64,000 nucleotides of DNA from Podarcis filfolensis (taxonomy: Eukaryota). The stretch lies in assembly GCA_964270895.1 (NCBI GenBank), contig OZ185441.1. One strand, written 5' to 3'. The translations under genes were made by a program, and so were the position numbers. Within the stretch, counting starts at the first letter, position 1; the number at the start of each line of letters is the position of its first letter. Below the pieces are notes generated by a model that ran no database searches, had not been told where the DNA came from, and saw nothing but the letters and a program-made list of their open reading frames with translations. Positions 26,220-38,332 of this stretch are shown here, piece by piece.

Positions 26220-26405
26220 CCGGGGTAGTCAACCTTTTTATGCCTACCGCCCACTAATGCATCTTTCTTGATGATAAAATTTCCTTACCACCCAGCAGTG
26301 CTCGATGGAAGGAGGATTCAGCATGTGCCGTAGAACCCCCTACCGCCCACCTAGAATCCTGAAACGCCCACTAGTGGGCAGTATGGACCAGGTTGACAAC
26401 CCCTG
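26220..26405. mobile_element. hAT-Charlie-like MITE
   Basis: TIRs ccggggtagtcaacct / aggttgacaacccctg (14/16); flanks atttaaac / atttagat resemble an 8-bp TSD. Confidence 0.8.
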
Positions 26406-27421
26406 ATTTAGATAGTTTTCAGACAAAGACTGCTTTTGGTACCCCATGGCTTGAGCACCTTCCAAGTGCTAATTTAATTTATCAACAACTAGCACGACCC
26501 CTGTAGGCAAAAGTACTCAGAGATAAAACATTCAACACCACATTATTGCTTATGATTGGCAATATAAACCACTTCACTGGTACTGCATCACAACTGATGA
26601 TATGTCAGCATTGTAGGGACATGTATACAGGACACAGAAAGGTGTACAAACTCAAATCTGTGGGATTTGGGTGACTGGTATATGTAAATCCCTGTATTTA
26701 TTGGTATTTGAAAATTTATTTCAGCTGCCTGTAAAGAGAGCTTCTGATTTGATAAGATTTGATGTGCAAGTTGCTTAAGAAGATTTCTTTGTCTTCTGCA
26801 CCTTTTTTCTAGCTTTGATCCAAATTTATCTGAATAAGAATGCCTTCACCTGGAACCAAAAAAATCTCAGTGCCAATGCAAGATAAAGTTCCCTTTATCA
26901 GGGGGCTACCAATGAAAAAGCCTGTTTTCTCCTTGCCATCCTCTGGGCATCTTCTGAAAGGGACAAAGAAATTGCTATGGGATGGTATCCAACAGTGACT
27001 GTGTTGTGATAGAAGCAAATCAGTCATTGGAACGGTGCAAGGAGACAATTTTCAGCCATCTCCCCTCTCTCCCTCCCCTTGAAATTTGCTCAGGAGGGCA
27101 CTCCAATCTTCTGAAGCAGATTTAAATGACAACACACTCAAGGCAGCAAACTGTTTTAATCAAACAGTGCATTATCTAACCACAATGGTTAGACACTGCA
27201 CTCCCATATGTGTCCTTAGTTTATTATTTTGGAGGTTTTTTCTGTGCATTTTGCATTGCTTTTAGGGAGATTTTAGAGACATTTCCCTTGATGTGGCTAA
27301 CAATGTGTTAGAAACCATATCCTTTTGCATAATTTTGATGCATTTGAGTTGCATTCCCGCTAAAATACCAGGTTTGCAGTCTGGAGGTAGTTAGAGCCAT
27401 TCAGAGGCCCCAAACTCTGTA

Positions 27422-27662
27422 CAGTGGTACCTCGGTTTTCAAGTGTCTCAGAAGTTGAACATTTTGACTTTCGAACTTAGAAAACCCAGAAGTAACTGCT
27501 TCAGTTTTTGAATTCTTTTCAGAAGCCGAATGTGCCACGTGGCTTCCATATTGAGTTGTCCAGATGTAAATGCTTCCAGAAATGCATGCTTCGGTTTTTG
27601 AACGTTTCGGAAGTTGAACGGTCTTCCAGAACGGATTATGTTCGAAAACCGAGCTTCCACTG
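27422..27662. mobile_element. Tc1/mariner (pogo/Tigger-like) MITE, 241 bp
   Basis: TIR cagtggtacctcggttttc / gaaaaccgagcttccactg (17/19); TA on the left, TG on the right. Confidence 0.85.
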
Positions 27663-27985
27663 TGCTTTTCACCAGAGGAAACCGGTTTGTTGCTGCAACA
27701 CTTCTTGACTATGTGTGTGTATATAAATACACACATACACGTATCTCCTGGCCATAGTTATATATGCTCAGTTAACTTCTCATTTAGATTATTATAATGA
27801 GCACTCACACTTTACATTGTGGGTGCCCTTTGCAGGATCGCACGCGGTTCATTCAAAGTTCAGTGGGTAGATTACTGAAGTATTGCACAAACAGTTTTAA
27901 AAACCCAACCAGTTCCCGAGTGAAGAAAAGCTCCTCAGAATGTGTAGATGTAAACTCTGATAGAGAAGGTTTCAACAGCACTCAC

Positions 27986-28134
27986 CCATACATTCTTTTT
28001 GCTCTAGAAAATTGAACTCCCTGCCCCACTTCATACATGATTTTCTGGGAAGACATATATTTCAAGATGGTTCTGCCACTTTCATGTCTTCTATGGTCCA
28101 CAGCACCTTTCTTCACTGTGGCTTTTTGATCCCA
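27986..28134 (-). CDS. Candidate 149-nt exon of an unidentified gene (WDQKATVKKGAVDHRRHESGRTILKYMSSQKIMYEVGQGVQFSRAKRMY)
   Basis: Acceptor ctctgtttatttctccttcaag, donor TGG|gtgagt; one open frame across the exon; non-repetitive; peptide not recognised. Confidence 0.3.
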
Positions 28135-29417
28135 CTTGAAGGAGAAATAAACAGAGTAGATCATTTCAGTGACAGAAGAACCCTGAACTCTCAACCAGCT
28201 TTTATAGTCAATAAGAGGGTCAAGCAAAAAGCAGACTGCTTAGCACTGAAAGCTGAGGGGAGAGGTTAGTTTTTCCCCGTAGAACAAAAATGGCTCTATT
28301 GTTGCCAATTACTGGCACACATACACATTCACACCAACAAACAAAGGCAGGGGAGGGAAGAATGGAAGAAATCTTCTGAGACTTTTAAGGAGCTTTGGAC
28401 TTTGAAAAATGAATAAAACATTGCATTTGAAATCCCTTTGTGTGCTACCACAAAGAGATAAAAGTTTATCATAAAATAAAGGCTTGGCAAATTCAGCAAA
28501 TATGGCCAAGAAACCCAACTTACAAAATGAAGCTCTACACACACACACACAATTTGCCATATGTATCTGAAGGTTATTTCAATGTCTGACGTGGAAAGAT
28601 GAGCTTTTTTCAATTAGTGATTATGTAGATTTAGATCAGTAATTCCTCCAGTAATTATACTGTGTGTAAAGAAGGAATTATATGCCTTGTAAGCATGTTT
28701 CCTTCTATCAAGGCAGATTTGCAGAAAATGCGAATTAAAAAGATTGTTTATTGGGAGCGGTTCATATCAAAGATGTGTCATATTATGGTTTAGGAATTTG
28801 CAGACAAATGCAGGCTGATCTTTACCTGATTGCTTACAGGAATGCACTACTACAACTTTTTATTTTTAATCTGTCGAGATGTTATCTTTTTATTTGTTTG
28901 GTTTTGGTAGGGAAGAAAAGACTGCAGTGAGAGGTACATTCATCATTTCCTGTGCTGTAACTTTGTGAGGTACAATTTGGAATGCAAGCTTTTCCCCCTC
29001 AGTAACTTCATTTAGCACCCAAACCAAGAGAAAGTGCTTTGGGTGAAAATTACCGGTAGTTTGAAAGTAAGCACTGTTTCAGACCAAAGCTGGAAAAATA
29101 TGCTTCAAGCAAACATTTTCTGGAGGGAGCAGAAGGAAAGGTAGCAATTCACAAAGCTAGCAAGGGCTTCCACCAGATGACTTCTTTAGCACCAGACCAT
29201 TAATTCAGTGGTTCAAAAAGAAAGATGAAATTAATGCATAATATTTACAACAAAAGATAACAGGGCTTACCAAATGAAATCTCTCCCCTCCCCTCATTTT
29301 CTGGGACTTAATTCTTTGCTTCTTCCACCAAAAGGATTTATGTGAAAGCTTATTATAAATCTGTTTTCACTGATTTCAGTTTCCACTGGTAAGTGCCAAA
29401 AAAAGGAAGCATTTGGG

Positions 29418-29575
29418 NNNNNNNNNNNNNNNNNNNNNNNNNNNNNNNNNNNNNNNNNNNNNNNNNNNNNNNNNNNNNNNNNNNNNNNNNNNNNNNNNNN
29501 NNNNNNNNNNNNNNNNNNNNNNNNNNNNNNNNNNNNNNNNNNNNNNNNNNNNNNNNNNNNNNNNNNNNNNNNNNN
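29418..29575. other. Assembly gap (158 N)
   Basis: Run of N. Confidence 1.
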
Positions 29576-31441
29576 TTAATCACATTTAATTACTTCTTTT
29601 GCTATTGTATTGTTTTCACATTTCGGTTACATCATATTAAAATGCTTACAAGAACTTTTGTGAAATCCATGTGCTTCCCATGCAGTTAAAGCTAACACCA
29701 ACAACATTTTAAGTGGCTAGCACATAGCAAAAGTTCACCTGATTTTAACTATGAAATGGTAGAGATGGGATTATGGTCCAATGCAGCAAAGCACATTGGA
29801 AGCTTCATATACGTTATGCACTTTTGAGGTGGTGTTTTTCAACCCCTCACAGTAGGATGCCTACAATGAACTGAAACCTCTTTTCAAAGGGACAGGAATG
29901 GTTGAAAACTGCTGTTCAGAAAGGCAAATTTCTGCAGTACTGTACATGTGTACACATATGCAAAGGAACTTGCTAGATGAGGGTTTATAACTGTAAATTT
30001 CTTCCAGTAGTCATGGCTCACTGACAGAGCAAAAGACCCCAGATTCAATCCCTGCCAAGTCCAAGGAAGATGGAAAAAGACTCCTGCCTGGAACCGAGAG
30101 GACCACGGTCCATCAGCATAGGCAATACTGAGCAAGACCTTTGGTCTAAAGCAGCTTCCTATGTCATATGAGACATCATAAGATATTTTATTTACATATC
30201 CAATGCAGCTTTCTGCACAGATATGACTATACAGTACTTAGTTCTCTGTTGCCATATTGACAGGTCCAAGTCCTTAGAAAACAGCTTTGGCAGAAATCCA
30301 GTTGAAGTTATCCCCTTGCAATCAATATGAACTTAAGTGCTTAACTATACACATACATCTTGTTGGCTTCCATGTGGCTTTTGCAGGCAAAACTCTCTTT
30401 GGGTTTAGTCCATGTCATTTCAAAAACTGCGACCAACATCCCTAAATGTTTTTTGCTGCCCTTATCTGGGGATAAATTGGAAGGCTATCTTGGACCCTGA
30501 AGAACAGGCACTAGATGACTTGTTCTTGTGTAACCATGGCAACTGGTGAGAGGATGAAATTAGAAACCACAGATCCAGCCAGAAGTTGCATCTAGAGTAC
30601 AAAGAAGATGACTCAGCAGACTGATGATCTAGAAGTTTAAGTCTAAATTAAGTCTAAATTACATAAAGCTCTCTATGTACTATGTGGTGCTGGGTTTCTT
30701 GGCACCTTAAAAGCATCATCTGTGTGGACTTGATCTTGAATCACACCTTAAAACTCTGAAATCTTCTTACTACAAACATAGCAGCCCACACCAACAGCCA
30801 TAAAAGCTCTGACTTCTTCAGGTCAGAAGTGTACAACCAAGAAGAGTTAAATCTAATCTGGGAATCAGCTGGGATTCATCGCATATAATTTACAATCCAG
30901 AGCTCAACTATGGCCTCAGGGTGTGTATGCGTACTTGCACCTAACATTATCAGGCTCCCATCCCAAAACACAACAATAGTAACTCTCATTTTAATCAGGC
31001 TGTTAGCAGTACAGGCTCAGCAACAAGCACAAAGTCCAGAAGTCAAAGTATAAGAACAAGGCAAGAGATTCATAACTGAGCAGAAGGTATATAAATGTCT
31101 TGCTTGTTGACACCCTGCTCCTGCCAAGCTTAAAAGACGAGGTGGGGTGAGACTTTCTCACCCAAGGAGTCTTTACTTCATTGCACATCAATAATTAGCA
31201 ATGAAACAGTTTCTAGCTATCTCAGTTTAACTTATGGATTCTAGATCCATTGTAGCCCTTTCTGTCTTATCTGTTTCTTCTTTCTCAAACAGTGCTCTAA
31301 CTCTTAACTCTAATTAATCCTATCTGCCAGCTTCATTGCTTCCACCCAATCTCCCCAAACCCTGACCTGTTAGAAAGGTTCTGTATAAATTTCTCTTTTC
31401 CATAATTTCAATGCTTTTTCTCTCCTTCACATTCCCTGATT

Positions 31442-31443
<2 letters not shown>

Positions 31444-31477
<34 letters not shown>
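31444..31477. repeat. (GT)n microsatellite
   Basis: Directly visible. Confidence 0.98.
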
Positions 31478-31479
<2 letters not shown>

Positions 31480-32761
31480 CATTTTGCCCTTCTCAGTTTC
31501 CTGGGCAGAACCTTCGACCTTTGTAAAGAACAGTTTCTAAAAGCAAAATCAAGAATTTTTCAATCTCAAAGAAAAAGCAACAACGGTTGAAATGGTTTCA
31601 TTCATTTACATTTTGATAATTAAAAGCAAATGAGTTTCATTTCCCAGAATTTCCAGAAATCAGGATGTTCCAACGTCCCTTCCTTGTACTTGTTTTTCCA
31701 TACCCAGAACTATTCAGGTTAATTTACTACAGTAAATATACAGATTGTGAAACATCCAAACTTATGGACAAAGCAGAAAGCATTTCTGACAGTGAAAGTA
31801 ATTCTTTTCTTGGGAGAGGAGATCTTCGGATCTCTCTCCCACTCCCAGTTGATTTTTTAAAATTAATGTAATCAGTCCTGTACTGAAATTTCAGTCAATC
31901 ATTTCCTATCTTGCCTACATAGCTTTTACTGTCATGAGAATCAATAACTGGAAAATATGGAATTGCTGGCTTTCTTGTTCTGGTAAATTTAGAGTGGCTA
32001 TTTTGAGCAAAATTTCTCCTCTTGACTTTTCTTCTTCTTCTTGCCCATATCTTGTGCTGGTTGCTTTTATCCACTTACAATATGAAAAAAAAGGTGACTA
32101 TTTTTCCAGCTGCATACTCCACAATGCTTTATGTCCAAGCATGAAAAACACACCCACTCAGGGAACTTAAAAAAAACAACCAAAAATAAAAAAACAGCAT
32201 GTTGGTTCTTCTTCCAAGTCAGCAATGACTCTTCACATTGTATCCTGTGTCTCTTAGGATATTTCTGTGCAACATTTATTTTGAAGCTAGTATGTGATCA
32301 TGGAAATCAGCTAGTGCTACAAGCTCATGCTGATTTCTTGCTCTGCCTTATTAAACTGGAAGGTGCTTTTGTGGTGCAAATGTGTGCTCTACATGGTTAA
32401 TCCTACTCTGCCACTGCAAGAGAGTCCAGGGAAAATGTAGCTGATATTTTTAAGGACAATTCTGCCATTTCTGAGTATGGTAACTGTCATGCAAGTTTGC
32501 TCATGTTTATGTGGAGGGACTGTCCACAACCTAATCTTTTTGTGGCTTAGTTGTCTATTTTAATGCAATGGCACCAATAGGAGAACAGATTGAGGAAACA
32601 ACACAAGAGCATTATGTCTGAACTCATCTCTTCGTGGTGTTTAAAACAGAAAGAGTTGCAGCCAACTTTAGTCATATGCAGAATAGGCTTATTAAAGCTG
32701 ATGGACATAAGTGACTTAGGTAGGAATGTGAGAGATAATCAGTTAAGTTTGCATTAATAGG

Positions 32762-33288
32762 TGAACTGTCTCAGGAGACAATGGCAGAGTCCGCCTTTGG
32801 GGGTGAAGTCAAATTGTTGGAAGGTTACAGTGCCTGCTGTGGCTGATACAGGAGAAATATGTTCCATTGCAGCTGGGGCAGATGAAGGCATCTGGTTGTG
32901 CTGCTGCAGATGCATCATGATGCTTCTGAAACAATATGCAAATCAGAACACAGCCATCCTTTGAGATTCACACTTCTCTGAATTTTGCAATGCACTCCTC
33001 CAGCTAAGTAAGGTTTACAGAAATGCATATAAATGGTGCATAAAAACACATGCTTTTATGAAAATGCATTACAGAATGGGAAATTACATGGTAAAAATGC
33101 ATTTATCAGGCAACATGCATACAAAGATGCATATCTTAGGATAAATTTACACTAAGACCCTGATGGATTTTCACAAGGGCTTGTTTTAAAAGGACTGGCA
33201 AACTGATGTGGACATGTGGAGAACTGAACCTAAGAGTGAAAAAATAGAAATCAAAGGAAACTGAAATTGGCAGATTCATCCATCCCTA
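32762..33288. mobile_element. Chimeric repeat: RTE 3' end (minus, ~32762-32927) fused to the TGCAT-rich element (ends ...catccatcccta)
   Basis: Colinear with 42841-43145, including the junction; RTE part is homologous to the reverse complement of ~34560-34745. Confidence 0.75.
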
Positions 33289-33468
33289 ACGCTGGGTAAA
33301 ACTTAAGTGGATACAACCCCAATTTGGTAAATAATATGCCTGGTCAAAATTACCAGCCAAACTTAAGAGATTCCCACACTGAGCATTGTAACATAGTCAT
33401 ACAGCTCTGTCCTAAAGGTAGTTGGTGTTCTCAGCTAGAACCATGCATATTTCTTGATTGAGAAAATG

Positions 33469-33735
33469 TTATTATTATTATTATTTATTAAATTTCTATA
33501 CTAGCCTTCATCCAACAATCACCAGGCGGTTTAGTAACTAACAAACAAAAATACCCCCCCCCCAGTTTAAAAGACCATAGATTGTTTAATCGGACAAAGA
33601 CCTGGGAGAAGAGGAGTATTTTTGCCTGGTGCCTAAAGATATGTAATGAAGGTGCCAGGTTAGCCTCCCTGGGGAGAGTATTCCAGAAGCAGGGAGCCAC
33701 CACAGAAAAGACCCAGTTTCATGTTGACAGCCTCC
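33469..33735 (-). mobile_element. L2 LINE 3' fragment
   Basis: Minus ORF VAPCFWNTLPREANLAPSLHIFRHQAKILLFSQVF matches the L2 ORF2 end; (ATT)n tail. Confidence 0.85.
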
Positions 33736-34509
33736 AAACTTTTCGTGGAAGAGGCACATGAATAATGATGATGACGATGAGATTAGGAGAAAAGGACTGA
33801 ATGCAGCACCCCTTTCTTCTAAACAGGTCACATGGGCGGGTTGAGTTTGTGTGCACAGTCCCAAGCCAGTGGCATCAGTTATGCATACAATGTTGTATGT
33901 GCAGTACTAGCAGTAAGATTTAAAAACAATAGTGGCTTCTTGATTTCTCTCGCCTCGTTTCCACAAAAAGCTATGCAAGTCACATGAAATGATTATTGTT
34001 AATAAAATCCCCACAACTGTGCGGTGTAAATGTACCCTGTTATTAAATGAAAGCTTTTATTCTGCTAGAATAACAATTTTATGACTTAATGGAAAGTTTC
34101 AGAATATTTATTTTGTTTTGACTGGCTTGAAATACTCCCAGAATGCATTCTCTCTACTCGTTCTCGCTTTCATTTTGGTAAAACATTTTTTCTTTCACAA
34201 TACAAATATTTTGTATTACCATTAACTGGATCACCAAATTGGGCTACCTATATGCTCATATTTAGAGCTGGTATTTTAAACAAAAACTGAAATATAAGAG
34301 AGTATGTTTAAAAATTATAATAAAGTAAAAATGCATGGTGTTCTTAACTGATGAGCTACAAGTAGCTATCTGGAGCCTTTCTACATCTGTTTGCCTGGAA
34401 ATTATAAAGCTTCCAAACTATAACTTTATCTCTTTTATTTACAGACTTCTTTGCCATTAATCCCTTGCAGATGACTGCAGCGCCTGGGGGCAAACAGTCA
34501 GGTTGTGAA

Positions 34510-34755
34510 TCCACAACAGTGATCAGAGGAGCAATGACCTCTGGGAGGAACTAGAGAGAAGATGTGCCATGGTTCATCTGTAACAATGAAACCAAATGCC
34601 TTTTATTGCCCCAGCTGCAATAAAACATGTTTCTCCCATATTGGTGTCTACAGCCATAGCAGGTGCTGTAACTCTCCAATGATTTGACTTTACACCTGAC
34701 AGTGCAGTCTTCCATTGGATGGAAGCCAGATGGATGCTAACAATAAACAAGAAAT
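34510..34755 (+). mobile_element. RTE-clade LINE 3' end (not Bov-B)
   Basis: Frame NAFYCPSCNKTCFSHIGVYSHSRCCNSPMI* is the Cys/His zinc-finger-like C-terminus seen in RTE ORFs; tail gatgctaacaata. Confidence 0.8.
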
Positions 34756-35500
34756 TTAAAAGACCAATTCCAGCATATTGATTTTGATTTGTTTGTAGCT
34801 TTTAAACTTCAATTTGATCATAGTTTATGTTATTTGGAAGATGAATTAGGAGGAGGAAGATCATCGCTCTGTATCCTGCCCCCCCCCCCGACTGTTGTGA
34901 GTCCCCATGAGCACCAGAAAAGTCCGGTGGAAGTATTTTAAATAACTAAAAAGTTTCATATTGGGGACAGATACAAAGGTATTTTCCACAAACTAAGAAG
35001 CTACTTGTATATACTATAATAATTTGGTTGAACATGCTAATGATGGTATTCATCAGAGTGGAAGGAACGGAATACAGTACACAGCCTGTAAGAACATATT
35101 AAAATAAAAGGTTAATTATAGAGAAGTAAAGTATTTCTTTGGGGCTTTAGGATAGACCACCATTTAGCAGCTGCAACATTCAAAGACATATGGTTTTAAA
35201 AGAGTCGCTTCTGGTTTTACAGATACTGCCGGATGTATAGAAACATTATAATAAGATTTGTATAAAAATGCCCTATTGGTTTCAATTTAAGAAATGAGTG
35301 TGTACTATGAAGAACAACCGTATGCATGTTTTCTCAAAAATAAGTGCCCCTGAGCACAATAGGGCTTCCTTGAAGAATCTGTGAAAATTACAGTCTTAGC
35401 AAACTTGAATACAAATGAGATGGATCTACACCTCCTGGACTAACATGAAAATTGACACAGAATTATTAGGCACATGCACAGGCTCCAAGATTTGTTCTTG

Positions 35501-35537
<37 letters not shown>

Positions 35538-35567
35538 GCAATCATCTATCTAGCTATCATCTATCTA
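35501..35567. repeat. (ATCT)n microsatellite
   Basis: Directly visible; degenerate at the right end. Confidence 0.95.
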
Positions 35568-36032
35568 GTAAATCCGAGCTGTTCTGTGCTCTCTCTTTCA
35601 GTTTCTGCTTGTGGATCAGCACTGCTCTATAGTTCCCATTCACTATAGTGGGGAATTTAGAAACACCATTAACCACCACCACCCCATTTTGGCCAACGAG
35701 GATGAGTGGGAGCCCCTCTAGAATGGGGTAAGTCAAAGTGATTCACTTTCCTCTATAAGCCCTCATTATGAGAAAGAGTAAGGATTAGTCTCATGCATTT
35801 TCTTACCTTAAAATAACCAAGAACCCTGCTTGCAGACTTCTGGAGAGCTCAGGGTTATGTGTGTTTGTTAAAACAGCACTGTACATTTTTAAAAAAGTAA
35901 ATGAAGGGTTTAATTTAAAAACAACAACAAACAACTCATCAGTGGGTATGCTTTAAAAATAAAAATCCAGAACTCTTTTCACAGGTGGCATTTTGGACAG
36001 TCTCACTTCTTGCAAAACCCATGCACCTAGAG

Positions 36033-36168
36033 CAGGCATCACCAAACTTGGCCTTCCAGCTGTTTTGGGACTACAACTCCCATTATCCCTAGCTAACAGG
36101 ACCAGTGGTCAGGGATGATGGGAAGTGTAGTCCCAAAACAGCTAGAGGGCCAAGTTTGAGGGTGCCTC
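36033..36168. mobile_element. Short palindromic hAT MITE (136 bp)
   Basis: TIRs caggcatcaccaaacttggcc / ggccaagtttgagggtgcctc; perfect 8-bp TSD ACCTAGAG at 36025-36032 and 36169-36176. Confidence 0.92.
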
Positions 36169-37080
36169 ACCTAGAGAATCAGAGAGAGGGAGAGAGAGAG
36201 GAAAATACAGAGCTATGTGGTATGGAAAAATAGAATGGTAGAGTGACACATAGTTTTGAGAGGGCCTGATTAAACTCAGTATCATTATTGACCTTGCACT
36301 TTTATTTGGGAGGACAGAAAGACCCCAGAATCACCCCAATTTGCATTGTTATTTGACTGTTGCACTGACACTCCAATGCTCACTATAAACCCTCAGATAC
36401 ACAACCAAAACTGTTATCCTTTGGTTTTTGCATTTGTCCAAGTTTTTCAGACACATTGTATCCTAGAATATGCACCACATTTCAGTAGAGAACTGTATCA
36501 CAAATGTGTACTTTGATAGAAGATACATATGCACATTTTTATATAGCAAAATGCTTTCATTTTTTTAATTTAAAAACATGTGTAGGTTTTTTAAAAGCAC
36601 AAAAAACCAAAATGCAGAAATGGAGCTGAACAAACAAAGGAATGCAAAAGTGACACAGGTCCAAAAAGACTAATTTGTACAATGATGTTATTAGTTACAA
36701 TTTTTGCTCCTGTGAAAAACCGTCCCTAGTTTGAAAATTTGAGATAAACATTTTTAGGATTGCAGTTAAATTTATTTCAAAGAAATCATTGAACCTTTAG
36801 TGTTTGCTGACTTGGAATTCATCAAGAAGTTCAATTCTCTCCATTTGGATCTGAACAGGAATAATGATTTCCTGTCCCATTATGGGCGTTAATTAACTCC
36901 ACATTACCAAGTTTATTGTTTTATCACTTCTCACTGTTGTTGCAAACAGTCAGTGTACTTATTTTGTACACATCTTGTTCTAATTTAATTGTCCCTGTCT
37001 GTGTCCTTTGCATTTAATTTCTCTTTGACTTCACTGCTTACACCTGTCAAGTCCTGTATATACTGGCAACTGAGAATTAT

Positions 37081-37180
37081 ACTTCATGCATCTGATAAAG
37101 TGGACTCTGGCTGATGAAAGCTTATGCCGTAGTACATCTGATAGCTTCTATGATGCTAGAAGACTCTTTGTTTCACTATA
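37081..37180 (+). mobile_element. Penelope-like element terminal relic with a degenerate hammerhead motif
   Basis: tcatgcatctgataaagtggactctggctgatgaaagcttatg resembles reptile Penelope ends (ctgatgaagtgagc...ctcacgaaagcttatg, from recall). Confidence 0.55.
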
Positions 37181-37191
37181 GTGGTGTGCCT

Positions 37192-37531
37192 GGACGCAGG
37201 TGGCACTATGGTCTAAACCACTGAGCTTCTTGGGCTTGCCAATCAGAAGGTTGGCAGGTCGAATCCCTGCAACGGAGTGAGCTCCCATTGCTCTGTCCCA
37301 GCTCCTGCCAACCTAGCAGTTCAAAAGCACGCCAGTGCAAGTAGATAAATAGGTACCGCTGTGTCACAGTCTTCTGTTGCAGCAGAAGTAGTTTAGTCAT
37401 GCTGGCCACATGACCTGGAAAATTGTCTATGGACAAACACCTTGGCTTGAAAGAGAGATGAGTGCTGCAACCCCACAGTCGCTTTTGATTGGACTTAGCT
37501 GTCCAGGGGTTCTTTACCTTTACCTTACCTT
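37192..37531 (+). mobile_element. Sauria SINE (Squam1, lacertid type)
   Basis: ggacgcaggtggcactatggtctaaacc head, B box ggtcgaatccc, ACCTTT-type tail; homologous to 20545-20909. Confidence 0.92.
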
Positions 37532-37717
37532 ATTTCTAAAATAAATGGCTATTTGGGAAGAAAATAATGTGCAGGGGCTTTATGATTTAAACAAAAGAGC
37601 ATTTGGCTAGAAAGGAGGGTGTGGTTTAAATAGTAAAATGAAGGCCCTTTTTTAGTTTTAACAATATTTCTCATAATCAGCCTATAACTGTTATCACAAC
37701 CCTATTCGTTTTCTAAC

Positions 37718-37830
37718 ATTTATATCCTGGCTTTCTTCTGTCATGGAACCACAAGGTGGTATATATGCGTTAGCTTCTTGGTGGTCACACATCCAAGCAC
37801 TGTCCAAACCCAGACCTACTTAGCTTATCC
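37718..37830 (-). mobile_element. Degenerate 5S rRNA-derived (SINE3-like) element
   Basis: Reverse complement aagctaagtaggtctgggtttggacagtgcttggatgtgtgaccacc resembles the 5S internal promoter region (aagctaagcagggtcgggcctggttagtacttggatgggagaccgcc); L2-like tail. Confidence 0.55.
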
Positions 37831-38056
37831 ATGACACAGATTTACAGAAGAAACACATGCATGGAGAGTCATTCAGTTACAGTAAAGCTGAGTGGCTGCG
37901 TGAGGCCAATGGGTGCTGGGAAGGCCCAAATTACATGTTTCATGGCATCCTGTCATTTCTAGGCAGCTGCATTTGAACAAAAGGGTGGCAGAAGAGGGAT
38001 CTTTTCCTTAGATACCTTTTCACCCACAGAGGAGAAAGACACAAGAAAGTTGTGAA

Positions 38057-38332
38057 AAGAAGAAGAAGAGTTTGGATTTGATATCCCGCTTTATCATTAC
38101 CCTAAGGAGTCTCAAAGCGGCTAACAATTTCCTTTCCCTTCGTCCCCCACAACAAACACTCTGTGAGGTGAGTGAGGCTGAGAGACTTCATAGAAGTGTG
38201 ACTAGCCCAAGGTCACCCAGCAGCTGCATGTGGAGGAGCAGGGGCGCGAACCCGGTTCACCAGATTACTAGTCCACTGTTCACCAGATTACTAGTCCACC
38301 AGATTACTAGTCCACTACACCACACTGGCTCT
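38057..38332 (-). mobile_element. tRNA/CORE SINE (Squam3-like) with (CTT)n tail
   Basis: Homologous to the + strand copy at 52053-52302; internal triplication in the head. Confidence 0.88.

Noticed and set aside
29640-29740. Signal-peptide-like minus-strand reading MLLVLALTAWEAHGFHKSS with a gtaagc donor
   Set aside because: Splicing in phase to the next candidate exon (27986-28134) hits a stop after 14 codons, and there is no other support
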